From positions 1 to 62,631 of the forward strand of contig RDNZ01000012.1 of NCBI GenBank assembly GCA_011364905.1: DNA of 62,631 nt, given 5' to 3'. This document shows, piece after piece, positions 1-8,947 of this stretch. How positions within the stretch are numbered: the stretch's first letter is position 1; each line of letters begins with the position of its first letter. The position numbers and the translations under genes were made by a program. The stretch is from Candidatus Thorarchaeota archaeon. Lineage in GTDB: Archaea; Asgardarchaeota; Thorarchaeia; Thorarchaeales; Thorarchaeaceae. The notes under the pieces are model-generated. The model ran no database searches, was not told the origin of the DNA, and saw nothing but the letters and a program-made list of their open reading frames with translations.

Positions 1-210
1 GACCTGATTGAGAGATGCCGAGTAGTCGAAGTTGACCCACAATTCAGGGAGTTTGAGGTGGATGATCAACTCTTGGAGTATGCTGTAGCAGTAAAAGGAG
101 TACTAGCAACCAATGACCGAGAACTTAGAAACAAGGCAATCGAACGAGGAGTTCCAGTTCTTTTGTTACGAGGCAGGAAACACCTGGAGCTCAAGGGAAC
201 AATTTTTTGA
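1..210 (+). CDS. PIN-domain protein (Fcf1/Utp24/VapC9-like), C-terminal part, truncated by window edge
   Basis: Frame 1 reads ...EVDDQLLEYAVAVKGVLATNDRELRNKAIERGVPVLLLRGRKHLELKGTIF*, with the PIN 'DD...ATND.EL...G+P' motif; usual position upstream of rpoE. Confidence 0.8.
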   Translation, partial: DLIERCRVVEVDPQFREFEVDDQLLEYAVAVKGVLATNDRELRNKAIERGVPVLLLRGRKHLELKGTIF

Positions 211-339
211 GACCGATTCACAACGTTTTTATGTTTTACAAAGCGCATCTGCGCTGAGCCGTCGGGTTAGACCTCGGGATTGTTCTCGAGTCTGATTGTT
301 CTGATAATAATCGTCCTGCTAGGCAAGGAGCGTCAATAG

Positions 340-930
340 TTGTACAGTATAGTGACAGTAAAAGACGTCGTGCGAATTCCACCATCTCAGTTTGGTTCTC
401 CCATGGAAGATGCAGCCATGCTTCATCTAAGGAAGCAACACGAGAACGTCCTCGATCGAGATGTTGGTCTGATGATTGCTGTCATCGGAATTGATGAGAT
501 AGGTCAAGGTCGTCTCATGCCAGGTGATGGTGCGACCTATCATTCCGTGACATATCGTGTACTTGTGTTCAAACCTCTTCGTCACGAACTTGTGGAAGGT
601 AATGTAGTGGAACTCATGGATTTTGGAGCATTCATTCGAATGGGACCGCTTGATGGGCTCTGTCATGTCAGCCAAATTTGTGATGACTTTATCACACAGG
701 ACTCTAAAGGCAACGCCCTTCTGGGTAAGGAAACAGGAAGAACTCTCGCAGAGGGAGACATGGTTAGGGCCAGAGTCACGTCGATAAGCTTCGAGTCTGG
801 AAACAAATCCGGAAAACTTGGTCTCACAATGAGACAACCATTCCTTGGTAAGATTGGACCCGACCGTTCCTGGGTAGAAGAAGATGTGAGAGCTGCTCGC
901 GGAGAGAGCAAGAAAGAGAAGAAGAAATAA
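340..930 (+). CDS. rpo7: DNA-directed RNA polymerase subunit Rpo7 (E')
   Basis: VRIPP..FG, GDGATY, S1 domain FGAFIRMGPLDGLCHVSQI, GLTMRQPFLGK; TTG start after AAGGAG. Confidence 0.96.
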   Translation: MYSIVTVKDVVRIPPSQFGSPMEDAAMLHLRKQHENVLDRDVGLMIAVIGIDEIGQGRLMPGDGATYHSVTYRVLVFKPLRHELVEGNVVELMDFGAFIRMGPLDGLCHVSQICDDFITQDSKGNALLGKETGRTLAEGDMVRARVTSISFESGNKSGKLGLTMRQPFLGKIGPDRSWVEEDVRAARGESKKEKKK

Positions 931-956
931 TCACGGAGGGAACAAAGATAGCAAAA

Positions 957-1160
957 ATGAAAGCATGCAAAGTCTGTCATTTCCTCACATCAGAGAGTAT
1001 GTGTCCCAATTGCAAGAGCACTAATCTCTCAACTTCATACACTGGGATAGTGGTAATCCTTCCAGGGCGAAACAAACGTGAGGATCCTAGACTCAGTTCC
1101 TATGTTGCGTCCCGACTGAATATCGATAAGCCGGGAAAATATGCACTAAAAGTGCGATAA
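957..1160 (+). CDS. spt4: Transcription elongation factor Spt4 (RpoE'')
   Basis: KACKVCH...CPNC zinc ribbon, PGKYALKVR C-terminus, follows rpo7. Confidence 0.95.
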   Translation: MKACKVCHFLTSESMCPNCKSTNLSTSYTGIVVILPGRNKREDPRLSSYVASRLNIDKPGKYALKVR

Positions 1161-1249
1161 TGTTCCTTGTCAGTGGTGAAAGGTTTATTAGACAACCTCA
1201 GGTGGAGTGGCTGGCCCAGCCCCTGGGGCGGTCTGACTTTCGGTAAGTG

Positions 1250-1561
1250 ATGTCAATGAAAATCGAGATTCTAAATGAGCGAGAGAACAAGCCTCTTGCA
1301 AGAAAGGAAGTCGACTTCAGGGTCGATCATACAGGCGCAAGTACTCCAAGTCGAGCGGACATTCGTGCAAAGATAGTTGCGCAGTTTGATGCAGATTCTT
1401 CATCTGTCATCATCAAGAGACTCGACACCAAGTTTGGTGCTGGTATCACTGAGGGAACAGCCAGAATCTACTCAAATCAAGACCAGATGAAACGAATCGA
1501 ACTTGACCACATTATCAAAAGACATGAATCTAAGAAAGAAGAAGAGGGAGGAAAAGAATAG
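1250..1561 (+). CDS. rps24e: 30S ribosomal protein S24e
   Basis: ENKPLARKEV, TPSR, TKFG...G.ARIY motifs; synteny. Confidence 0.95.
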   Translation: MSMKIEILNERENKPLARKEVDFRVDHTGASTPSRADIRAKIVAQFDADSSSVIIKRLDTKFGAGITEGTARIYSNQDQMKRIELDHIIKRHESKKEEEGGKE

Positions 1562-1726
1562 ATGCCCAAAGCGCATGAGCTGTACAAGGTTGACAAATCA
1601 GGAAATATTACTCGCTCCAAGAAGTCTTGCCCACGCTGTGAAAAGGGGACTTTTATGGCTGAACATTTTGATCGGTTCTCTTGTGGTCGGTGCGGATATA
1701 CTGAATTCAAACGCAAAGGCAACTAG
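1562..1726 (+). CDS. rps27ae: 30S ribosomal protein S27ae (not in ORF track)
   Basis: [54 protein letters not shown]; CPRC/CGRC zinc finger; immediately follows rps24e. Confidence 0.95.
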   Translation: MPKAHELYKVDKSGNITRSKKSCPRCEKGTFMAEHFDRFSCGRCGYTEFKRKGN

Positions 1727-1728
1727 TT

Positions 1729-1986
1729 CTACTCACCCACTATTGCCATCACCCATCTCACAAAGATGAGGACTCCAACTATCATTGTAATCAATACATC
1801 TGCAAGAAACACGCCTGGAATTTGAACCTCTATCCACGCTGCAAGAATGAGAGCTATTGGAAAAGTGACTATGAAAGGCAATGTGGCCACTGTCAATGAT
1901 ATCTCCTCACTTGATACCATTATGTTTACCAGTAGGAGAAGCCATATAGCATAGATTCCAACAAGAAGAGCAACTTCTGCTATCAT
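1729..1986 (-). CDS. Small hypothetical membrane protein (~3 TM)
   Basis: 85-aa strongly hydrophobic ORF with GGAG RBS upstream. Confidence 0.65.
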   Translation of the reverse strand: MIAEVALLVGIYAIWLLLLVNIMVSSEEISLTVATLPFIVTFPIALILAAWIEVQIPGVFLADVLITMIVGVLIFVRWVMAIVGE

Positions 1987-2102
1987 GATACTTCTTCTCC
2001 AACTAGGAACTTGATTCGACCGAAGAACAATGTGTGTATCACATCTGTGTCACTGCTTCTCTATTTTATCTCATATTGAGAGTTTTTAGCCAAAATTTTA
2101 TA

Positions 2103-2136
2103 TGTAAAGTTTACTTTACGTAAAGTATACTTTACA
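2103..2136. promoter_or_regulatory. Tandem palindromic operator for the adjacent XRE regulator
   Basis: GTAAAGTTTACTTTAC (2104-2119) abutting GTAAAGTATACTTTAC (2120-2135), directly after the TTTTATA box and before the HTH gene. Confidence 0.8.
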
Positions 2137-2145
2137 TCATAATGG

Positions 2146-2385
2146 GTGAACAGCGTGATTGTGAATAAACTGCGAGACCTTCGCGAAGCCAAAAGAAACG
2201 AGTCAAACAACCCTGAATTGTGGACACAAGAAGGTCTTGCAACACGCCTGGGAGTCACTAGACAGACTATCATTTCAATGGAGAAAGGCACCTACAATCC
2301 AACTCTTTCTCTTGCTTTCAAGCTGGCAAACCTGTTCGGTGTAAGGATTGAGGATATATTTGAGTATAGAGATGAAAAGAAATGA
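2146..2385 (+). CDS. XRE-family HTH transcriptional regulator (COG1476-like)
   Basis: TQEGLATRLGVTRQTIISMEKGTYNPTLSLAFKLANLFGVRIEDIF. Confidence 0.92.
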   Translation: MNSVIVNKLRDLREAKRNESNNPELWTQEGLATRLGVTRQTIISMEKGTYNPTLSLAFKLANLFGVRIEDIFEYRDEKK

Positions 2386-2744
2386 AACGTAGCGTAATGA
2401 CAGTTCTAAGTGCATTAGTAACAGTAGCAAGTGTGTTTGTGATAATCTGGATTCTAGGTCTGAAAACTCTGAGTAGTTATACAGGGGCAATCGGTGGTAT
2501 GGTTGGCGGAGTGCTTGGAGCGACCTACCTGAAACGTTTCCAAGATGAGCGCTTCACACAGATCATGAATCTTGCTGCACGGAATGTCTTTGTCTATCTG
2601 ATAGTCCTTCTCCCAATGAGCAGTGTCGTGTTGCTTCGCGTCGAAACATTCACAGTTCAGATAGTAGCTGGTCTAATCATCTTACCCTGGATATCATCGC
2701 TTGTGATCTACTTCTTGTCACTATTCTATTATTACCGGAGATAG
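2382..2744 (+). CDS. DUF2178-like membrane protein
   Basis: 4 TM segments, DER...I...AAR motif, YYYRR end; overlaps the XRE stop (ATGA). Confidence 0.7.
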   Translation: MKRSVMTVLSALVTVASVFVIIWILGLKTLSSYTGAIGGMVGGVLGATYLKRFQDERFTQIMNLAARNVFVYLIVLLPMSSVVLLRVETFTVQIVAGLIILPWISSLVIYFLSLFYYYRR

Positions 2745-2757
2745 AGGTGAAACTGAA

Positions 2758-3147
2758 TTGAGCGTAAGACTATCAAATAAGACCCTGGTTGTAATGGGGG
2801 TACTCATCATCTTTGGATGGTTCATGGCACAAGTGATTGTCAGCCTCCTCTTTCCAACCTCGACACTACCTTTTTCCATTCCTTCAATCGGGGCGGAGAT
2901 TGTCTTTGTTTCAGTGTTATTAGGCTTCACTCTCTATAATCAGAGGCTCCGTGACGAACGTTCGATACAGATTTCCGACAAATCAGCTCGTAATGGGTTT
3001 GCCTTCGTCCTTTTTGTGGTTCCGATGGCACTCATTGGTCTTTCCGCTACAGATGTTTCATCTGACGCTCTTCTTGCCCTAGTAGTAATATGGATTGGGG
3101 CTGTCTTCTTCGCAGGAATATCTGCTTTCTATTATTACTACAGGTAA
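2758..3147 (+). CDS. DUF2178-like membrane protein (paralog)
   Basis: RDERSIQISDKSARNGF motif, 4 TM segments, YYYYR end; GAGGTGA RBS. Confidence 0.7.
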   Translation: MSVRLSNKTLVVMGVLIIFGWFMAQVIVSLLFPTSTLPFSIPSIGAEIVFVSVLLGFTLYNQRLRDERSIQISDKSARNGFAFVLFVVPMALIGLSATDVSSDALLALVVIWIGAVFFAGISAFYYYYR

Positions 3148-3336
3148 CCAGGTCTAGACTGAAAATGGTAACTGATGGAAATCCTCCTGGCTTTGTTGCA
3201 ACATTTTTGAAAGTTGGTTGGATCACATAGCTGAAGTTGTGATCGATAAGGTCCAATGTTCTACTTTTGATTTTTGAGAATAAGCACAGTTATAATGTGG
3301 ATTTCAACCAGGAATTTCAAGCTAGGAGGGATTAGT

Positions 3337-3759
3337 TTGACCAAAAAACACAAAGATGACCAAGAAGCGACTCCACCCAGACCCAGCAGAGTACTTTTCG
3401 AATTCACTTCTGAGGATGAAGCGTATGTGAATATGATGCTGAAGAAATCAGCCAGACGTACTGTTCAGAAGCACAGAAAGGACGCGCCCTTACCTACAAA
3501 GAAACCCCCTTCCATTGATGACGAGTTGGATGAGATGCTCATAGAGGTTGAAAAGAAGATTGGTATCAAGTCTACAGCCACTGAGCCAATTAAGAACTGC
3601 CGCAAGTGCTATTTCTCCAGGTCATTTCGTGTCATTGGTGTGGATTGGTATTGTCATTGTGCCAATGTTGCAAGATCATCAGGAAAGGCAGGTTGGTCAT
3701 GGGTGCGTTGTGAGTCTAATCTGTCATGTTGGCGAGAACCTGATTATGACAGTCTCTAA
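3337..3759 (+). CDS. Hypothetical protein with C-terminal Cys-rich (putative Zn-binding) domain
   Basis: TTG at 3337 after GGAGGG; CRKC...YCHC...C...C C-terminus. Confidence 0.6.
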   Translation: MTKKHKDDQEATPPRPSRVLFEFTSEDEAYVNMMLKKSARRTVQKHRKDAPLPTKKPPSIDDELDEMLIEVEKKIGIKSTATEPIKNCRKCYFSRSFRVIGVDWYCHCANVARSSGKAGWSWVRCESNLSCWREPDYDSL

Positions 3760-3766
3760 AATGTGA

Positions 3767-3845
3767 TGGTAGCGGGTGGATGATTTGAACATCCGATCTC
3801 AGGGTTATGAGCCCTGCGGGATAGGCCTGGCTTCCCCAACCCGCT
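3767..3845 (-). tRNA. Initiator tRNA-Met(CAT)
   Basis: Reverse complement AGCGGGT-TG-GGGA...TCCC-G-CAGGG CTCATAA CCCTG-AGATC-GGATG TTCAAAT CATCC-ACCCGCT-A-CCA; A1-U72, three consecutive G-C pairs in the anticodon stem, encoded CCA. Confidence 0.96.
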
Positions 3846-3903
3846 AATGCTAAGGAAATTCTGCCTACGCGAGTTTTAAAGTTATTCGTAAGAACCGATG
3901 TAA

Positions 3904-4221
3904 TCAAGAGAATAGTCTTAGGTAATGTGTTGTCTCTACCTCTCTACCATCTTTCAGATAGACGGTGATATAGATTGTGAATTCTCCCCATCCGGCTGAT
4001 GATATAGAAAACTTGTCATTCTCATCATCAGAAGTTCGAATAGGATCGGGAAAAGTATCATGAAGTCGATATTCCACATAATCGACTAGAGCTAATTTTT
4101 CAGGAGATTCACCCATGAACACAGTCCACTTATACCAAGGAGTGTCTCTTTTTCCGAAAGTTCGTACCCCAACCTTCTTAGCAGTATTTCCGAACTTGAA
4201 ATCCAGTTTTTCAGGACTCAT
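3904..4221 (-). CDS. Stand-alone prokaryotic YEATS-domain protein (pYEATS)
   Basis: WTVF...VDYVEYRLHDTFPDPIR...FSISSAGWGEFTIYITVYLKDG...HYLRL; ATG at 4221 overlaps the upstream TGA. Confidence 0.85.
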   Translation of the reverse strand: MSPEKLDFKFGNTAKKVGVRTFGKRDTPWYKWTVFMGESPEKLALVDYVEYRLHDTFPDPIRTSDDENDKFSISSAGWGEFTIYITVYLKDGREVETTHYLRLFS

Positions 4222-4772
4222 ATTCGTCCACCTCCAGGTGTAGGCACAGGGTTTGAAACCTGTGAGAGTGTTTGGGGAATTGAACGTGGAACAAATGTTT
4301 TTGTCCTCCATTTCTGCCCTGTTGTATCAATGACGCAAATTCTAATCTGATCAGTCAATTTTACGAAGTCCGGCAGTGTATGATACCATCCGCCTTCTTC
4401 ATTGTTTGTCGGGGTGAAGATTATTTTCGTTTTCTTTCCAAGGCGTGGTTTTACCCATAGCTCTCCACTATCATCATCAAAGTCCACAATAGCATTCTTT
4501 GGAAACATCATTGTCACATATCGTTCGGCCTGCAGAATCTTCTGTTTAAGTCCCACAGCATCAGGTCTTATGATAGCAAGCACAAAAACGAGAAATATTA
4601 CTATTGCGATTATTAGGAATGGCATCCAGAGTTGTTCTGCACCAATTATCGCTGATTCCGCCAGAACTATAGCCTCTGTAACAAGAATTACTAATGTGAA
4701 TAATCCCAGTGGTGTTTTCACCGAATCTATAATGGAAACAGTGGTTTCTGATTTTTTACTTTCTGGAGTCAG
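4218..4772 (-). CDS. Hypothetical 2-TM membrane protein with C-terminal beta-rich soluble domain
   Basis: Two hydrophobic helices then a soluble domain; frame stays open upstream to a CTG at 4772 preceded by AAGGAGGG (ORF track start 4721). Confidence 0.7.
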   Translation of the reverse strand: MTPESKKSETTVSIIDSVKTPLGLFTLVILVTEAIVLAESAIIGAEQLWMPFLIIAIVIFLVFVLAIIRPDAVGLKQKILQAERYVTMMFPKNAIVDFDDDSGELWVKPRLGKKTKIIFTPTNNEEGGWYHTLPDFVKLTDQIRICVIDTTGQKWRTKTFVPRSIPQTLSQVSNPVPTPGGGRI

Positions 4773-5058
4773 ATATGTCCCTCCTTACGCTTGTAATGGG
4801 ACCTCTGCAATTTCACTATCATCTCTAGTGGGATTGATGTCATAGATAGTTTACAGATAGAAATTGGAAATCCATCTATCGTACAGTGTTCTTCTTCCCA
4901 CACGTTTGCATGAGGTCCCTACCGTCGCAAGAACAAAGACATACTTCTATAAAAAATGTTTCATCTTTTGATTAATTAGCGCAACATCTACTAGAAGAGT
5001 TAACATTTTTTAGGACTATTTATCAGATTCGAGCGAACTGCAAACATAGTGATTTCAC

Positions 5059-5085
5059 GTGGGGCTTTATGTTTCAAAGCCCCAC
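5059..5085. repeat. Perfect 10-bp inverted repeat / hairpin
   Basis: GTGGGGCTTT-ATGTTTC-AAAGCCCCAC. Confidence 0.6.
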
Positions 5086-5193
5086 AGACCCGAGTTCTGA
5101 TTCATTTATCGTAGACTGGATGTAGATATGCAATTTGCTGTAATTGAAAGGAAGTCTACCTACGAGAGTTTCAGAGCCATTCGTAGGTTTTGG

Positions 5194-6384
5194 CTACTTC
5201 ACCTTCCTAGCAAACTCTTTTCCAAATGTGAAGGCTTGTTCTAGTTCTTCTTCATTTGGCACCCATTTCACGGTGAAGGGGTCCATGACGATGTCCATCT
5301 TTCCCTTCTCCATGGACTCTTGGATCTTCTTCACAGCGCCTCCACCCCAGCCATATGATCCGAAAGCCGCACACTTCTTACCGACAGGTTTCAATAATTC
5401 AATGTCAGATAGGACCGAGGCAACATTAGGTAGAACATTGTTGTGCATAGTAGAACTACCAATGAGGACCCCTCTCGCCTCCAGCAAGTCAGCCATGATG
5501 TCGTAACGGTCACTATGCGGAATGAGTCTCAATTCTGGTTTGAGACCCTCACTCTGAACACCTTCAGCCATAGCACGGGCGAGTTTTGTTGTGCTTTGCC
5601 ACATGGTGTCCCATGTGATGATCACTTTATCCTGGAACCTCTCACCCTTTGCCCATTCGAGATATCGAGTGACTATTTGGAGTGGGTCTTTTCGCCAGAT
5701 AAGTCCGTGAGAGGGAGCAATCATCTTAATCGGAAGACCCAACTCAACAACCTCTTCGATTTTCTTCTGAACCATCCTGCTTAATGGCCAGAGAATGTTT
5801 GCATAGTACTTCTCAGCCTCACGCCACAGGACATTTTGATCGACCTCGTCTGCGAAACGCTGTTCAGTAGCGTAGTGTTGTCCGAAGGCGTCATTTGGCA
5901 GCAGAAGTTGCTTTTCCACGTAGTAGGTGAACATTGACTCAGGCCAGTGAAGCATAGGAGCCTCATAGAAACGAAGAGTCTTGCCCCCCAAGTCTATCTC
6001 ATCACCTGTCTTAACAGTCTGGATATCCCAACCGTCATCATAATGCTTCTCCAACTCATTGACTGCCTTCGACGTACAGACCAGTTTTGCATCAGGGACC
6101 ATCTTCAGAATTTCGGGGGTTGCACCAGAATGGTCCATTTCAGTATGGTTCGAGATCATGTAATCGATTTTTGTCGGATCCACCACTTCGGAGATTCGAG
6201 AGAGCATTTCTTCGGTGAACAGACCCATCACAGAATCGACCAATGCAACTCTCTCACTAATTATTAGGTATGCATTGTAAGTTGTACCATGGTGTGTTGT
6301 GTAACTGTATCCATGAAAGTTTCTGATGTTGTAGTCCAACGCACCAACCCAGTAAACATCCTTCATGATTTCAATTGGCTTCAA
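5194..6384 (-). CDS. fprA: Flavodiiron protein (FprA/A-type flavoprotein)
   Basis: GTTYNAYLI, NHTEMDHSG, MLHWPES, NDAFGQH, APSHG, flavodoxin AFGSYGWGGG. Confidence 0.95.
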   Translation of the reverse strand: MKPIEIMKDVYWVGALDYNIRNFHGYSYTTHHGTTYNAYLIISERVALVDSVMGLFTEEMLSRISEVVDPTKIDYMISNHTEMDHSGATPEILKMVPDAKLVCTSKAVNELEKHYDDGWDIQTVKTGDEIDLGGKTLRFYEAPMLHWPESMFTYYVEKQLLLPNDAFGQHYATEQRFADEVDQNVLWREAEKYYANILWPLSRMVQKKIEEVVELGLPIKMIAPSHGLIWRKDPLQIVTRYLEWAKGERFQDKVIITWDTMWQSTTKLARAMAEGVQSEGLKPELRLIPHSDRYDIMADLLEARGVLIGSSTMHNNVLPNVASVLSDIELLKPVGKKCAAFGSYGWGGGAVKKIQESMEKGKMDIVMDPFTVKWVPNEEELEQAFTFGKEFARKVK

Positions 6385-6493
6385 TTAATACTGCCTCAAG
6401 AGTATGTATGTATTCTATTGTTAAAAGGAAAGTAGTTACCAAAAGGGAAGTGGTACCTACTCATGAACTCTAGGAGATGAACAAAAGGTCCAC

Positions 6494-6904
6494 CTATGAT
6501 AATCCATAACTTTTCGAATCAATTGAGCTGTCGACGGTATAGCTCCAGTTAGGAGACTCTGTTTCAAAACTCTGAAGACCTTGGCTCCGGTTCACCCATC
6601 TCCAACAAGTCACTGCACCAACCATCTCGAGTTCATACAGATTTGCCTTAGTAGCGCTGTATCTAACTTCAAGGAGTGTGCCCTCTGGAAGACTATCGAT
6701 ATCGCCTACGTCCAGAGAGATGCGTCCATTACTGTCCTTCTCGCCGCATCGGGAGAGAAAATACCGGGTCTCTCCACCATTCACTGGGTTCTTCACAATC
6801 ACCGCCACATGAGGGCGGGCTACTGGGTCCCACCATCTAGGGATGCCAGGACGCCTGATCACATAGTCACTGAGGGGGGATATCCGACTGGGCGAGTCCA
6901 TCAC
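6494..6904 (-). CDS. Hypothetical protein
   Basis: 136-aa ORF with GGAGAG RBS and upstream TATA; no family recognised. Confidence 0.55.
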   Translation of the reverse strand: MMDSPSRISPLSDYVIRRPGIPRWWDPVARPHVAVIVKNPVNGGETRYFLSRCGEKDSNGRISLDVGDIDSLPEGTLLEVRYSATKANLYELEMVGAVTCWRWVNRSQGLQSFETESPNWSYTVDSSIDSKSYGLS

Positions 6905-7238
6905 AAGTCATTCTCTCCGAGGATAGAGTTGTAGTTTCTCTATATAAGGAGGTGTCGCGCAATACGATACCTCTAGGGTCTCATTCTGATTGACTCTGAG
7001 GCCACTCTAAATTGTTAGTAATACCTAGAACTGGATGTTGCTGCAGTGGAAGGAAAGGGAAGTAAAAAGGGGATTTTTGATACTTAACAAATGGCCACAA
7101 ATGACTAGTTGGCCGAGTGTAAATCCTTCAGCATAACATCTGTCATGTATCGTCTTTACTCATTATTGGGAAACCAATCAGACATTCGAGGTGATTACCT
7201 GCAGCTAGTTTTGTCAAGCAATGATAATCTCTTGTCTG

Positions 7239-7550
7239 TCACGTTTCCTCCTCTAATGGAAAACCAACAACTAGTGGTCTTCCTTCATAGATTGACCGGG
7301 TCACTTTCTCTCTCGCACTGGCCAGCAGACGCCATACAGTACCTCTGCTGATACCCATCGTTTTACCAGCCTGTTCTTGGTATAGTCCCTCCAAGTCTAC
7401 AAGACGAAGAACCTCTACTTCAGCAAAATCGATATGAATTGGATCTTCTAGACCCGAAGGTTCAGGGGTCATCTTTTCCGCTTTGGGTTTGCGGCCTATC
7501 CTAGGCTGAATCGGAAACCTACCACGGCCACCTTTTCTTCGGCGGTGCAT
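7239..7550 (-). CDS. DUF134 (UPF0251) DNA-binding protein
   Basis: EVEVLRLVDLEGLYQEQAGKTMGISRGTVWRLLASAREKV. Confidence 0.92.
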   Translation of the reverse strand: MHRRRKGGRGRFPIQPRIGRKPKAEKMTPEPSGLEDPIHIDFAEVEVLRLVDLEGLYQEQAGKTMGISRGTVWRLLASAREKVTRSIYEGRPLVVGFPLEEET

Positions 7551-7729
7551 ATCAATACCCGAGTAGATAGTGCGGAGGTTTCTTATTACACTTTGTAGCT
7601 AAGCGCAGAAGCGCTTTGGACTGCTAAAACATAGATTTCATTGTTGATTCTGTTTCGAATCGTTGTTCCAGAGTGAAGTGTTTATCACTTAGTGAGGTAA
7701 TAGAATATCCGTCAATGGAGAGCCTTGCC

Positions 7730-8947
7730 ATGGGATTCAGCGTCGGGATTGTTGGTAAACCTTCGAGTGGTAAGACATCATTCACAAATGCGGCATGTAT
7801 GACTGACTTCAAGGTAGGAAGTTATCCATTCACAACCATAGAGGCAAATGTGGGTGTGACACACGTTAGAACCAGATGTGCATGTGCTGATTTTAATGTG
7901 GATGACGATCCTAAAAACTCAATATGCATAGATAGAGTAAGACTCGTGCCCATCAAGCTGATTGACGTTGCTGGACTTGTGCCTGGAGCCCATGAGGGCC
8001 GCGGGATGGGAAACCAGTTCCTTGACGATCTCAGACAAGCAGATGTCCTCATTCATATAGTAGATGCAAGTGGAGGACTAGATTCAGAGGGACAAGAGGT
8101 CGATGCGGGGAGTCATGATCCAGCGGATGATGTGAGATTCCTCGAGGATGAGTTGGTAGAATGGATGCTAGGAATTGTCCAAAAGGATTGGCGAAGGATT
8201 ACTGGTCGAGTCAGGTCTGAGGGCACCAAGCTTGAGGAGTTACTCTTGGAGAAGCTGTCTGGATTGAATATCACAAGAGGACATATTCTCAGGGCAATGA
8301 GAGATTCTGGTCTCAAGGCGGACGCTGCTGACAAATGGACTGATGAGGAAACAAGAAACTTCGTCAGAACACTGCAAAAGATTGCAAAACCAATCATTAT
8401 CGCTGCCAACAAGATTGACCGACCAACTGCCGAGGACAACTTCAAGCGATTGCAGGCTGAGTTTCCTGATTATCTGATAGTACCAGTGAGTGCGCTTACA
8501 GAGAAGGTGCTGAAAGACCTAGAGAGGAAAGGCGTTATCAAGTACATACCAGGTGATGATGATTTTGAGATTCAGGACCAAAGCGGTTTGAAGGAGTCGG
8601 AGATTGACCAGCTGAGAAAGATAAAGGAGCAGATTCTCAAGAAGTATGGGGGATCAGGCGTTCAGAACCTATTGAACAGAGCTGTGTTCGACTATTTACA
8701 CATGATTACCGTATATCCAGTTCACGATGCTAATTCTCTCACTGACAGCGATGGTAATGTGCTTCCTGATGTATATCTTGTTCCTGAAGGCACGACTGCT
8801 AAGGAGTTTGCAGGATATATCCACACAGACTTGATGGACTCTTTCATACATGGGATAGATGCTAGGACAAAGATGAGAATAAGTGACAAACATGTATTGA
8901 AGGATAGAGACGTCATCAAAATCGTGAGCGCCAAGGGCTCAAAGTGA
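7730..8947 (+). CDS. ychF: YchF/OLA1-like translation-associated GTPase/ATPase (archaeal, with TGS domain)
   Basis: GKPSSGKT, YPFTTI, DVAGLVPGAHEGRGMGNQFLDD, NKID, C-terminal TGS (IHTDL..FI). Confidence 0.93.
   Translation: MGFSVGIVGKPSSGKTSFTNAACMTDFKVGSYPFTTIEANVGVTHVRTRCACADFNVDDDPKNSICIDRVRLVPIKLIDVAGLVPGAHEGRGMGNQFLDDLRQADVLIHIVDASGGLDSEGQEVDAGSHDPADDVRFLEDELVEWMLGIVQKDWRRITGRVRSEGTKLEELLLEKLSGLNITRGHILRAMRDSGLKADAADKWTDEETRNFVRTLQKIAKPIIIAANKIDRPTAEDNFKRLQAEFPDYLIVPVSALTEKVLKDLERKGVIKYIPGDDDFEIQDQSGLKESEIDQLRKIKEQILKKYGGSGVQNLLNRAVFDYLHMITVYPVHDANSLTDSDGNVLPDVYLVPEGTTAKEFAGYIHTDLMDSFIHGIDARTKMRISDKHVLKDRDVIKIVSAKGSK

Noticed and set aside
3716-3907. ORF-track ORFs overlapping tRNAs (3716-3907, 39736-39966, 39818-40009, 41406-41933, 41728-41919)
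   Set aside because: Explained as spurious frames across tRNA genes
7031-7075. ORB-like CTGCAGTGGAAGGAAAGGG
   Set aside because: Poor match, single copy and far from cdc6; more simply a pyrimidine-rich terminator tract on the minus strand
7109-7351. Plus-strand ORF with a GAGGTGAT SD-like sequence followed by CTG
   Set aside because: Overlaps the well-supported DUF134 gene antisense and has no recognisable protein features
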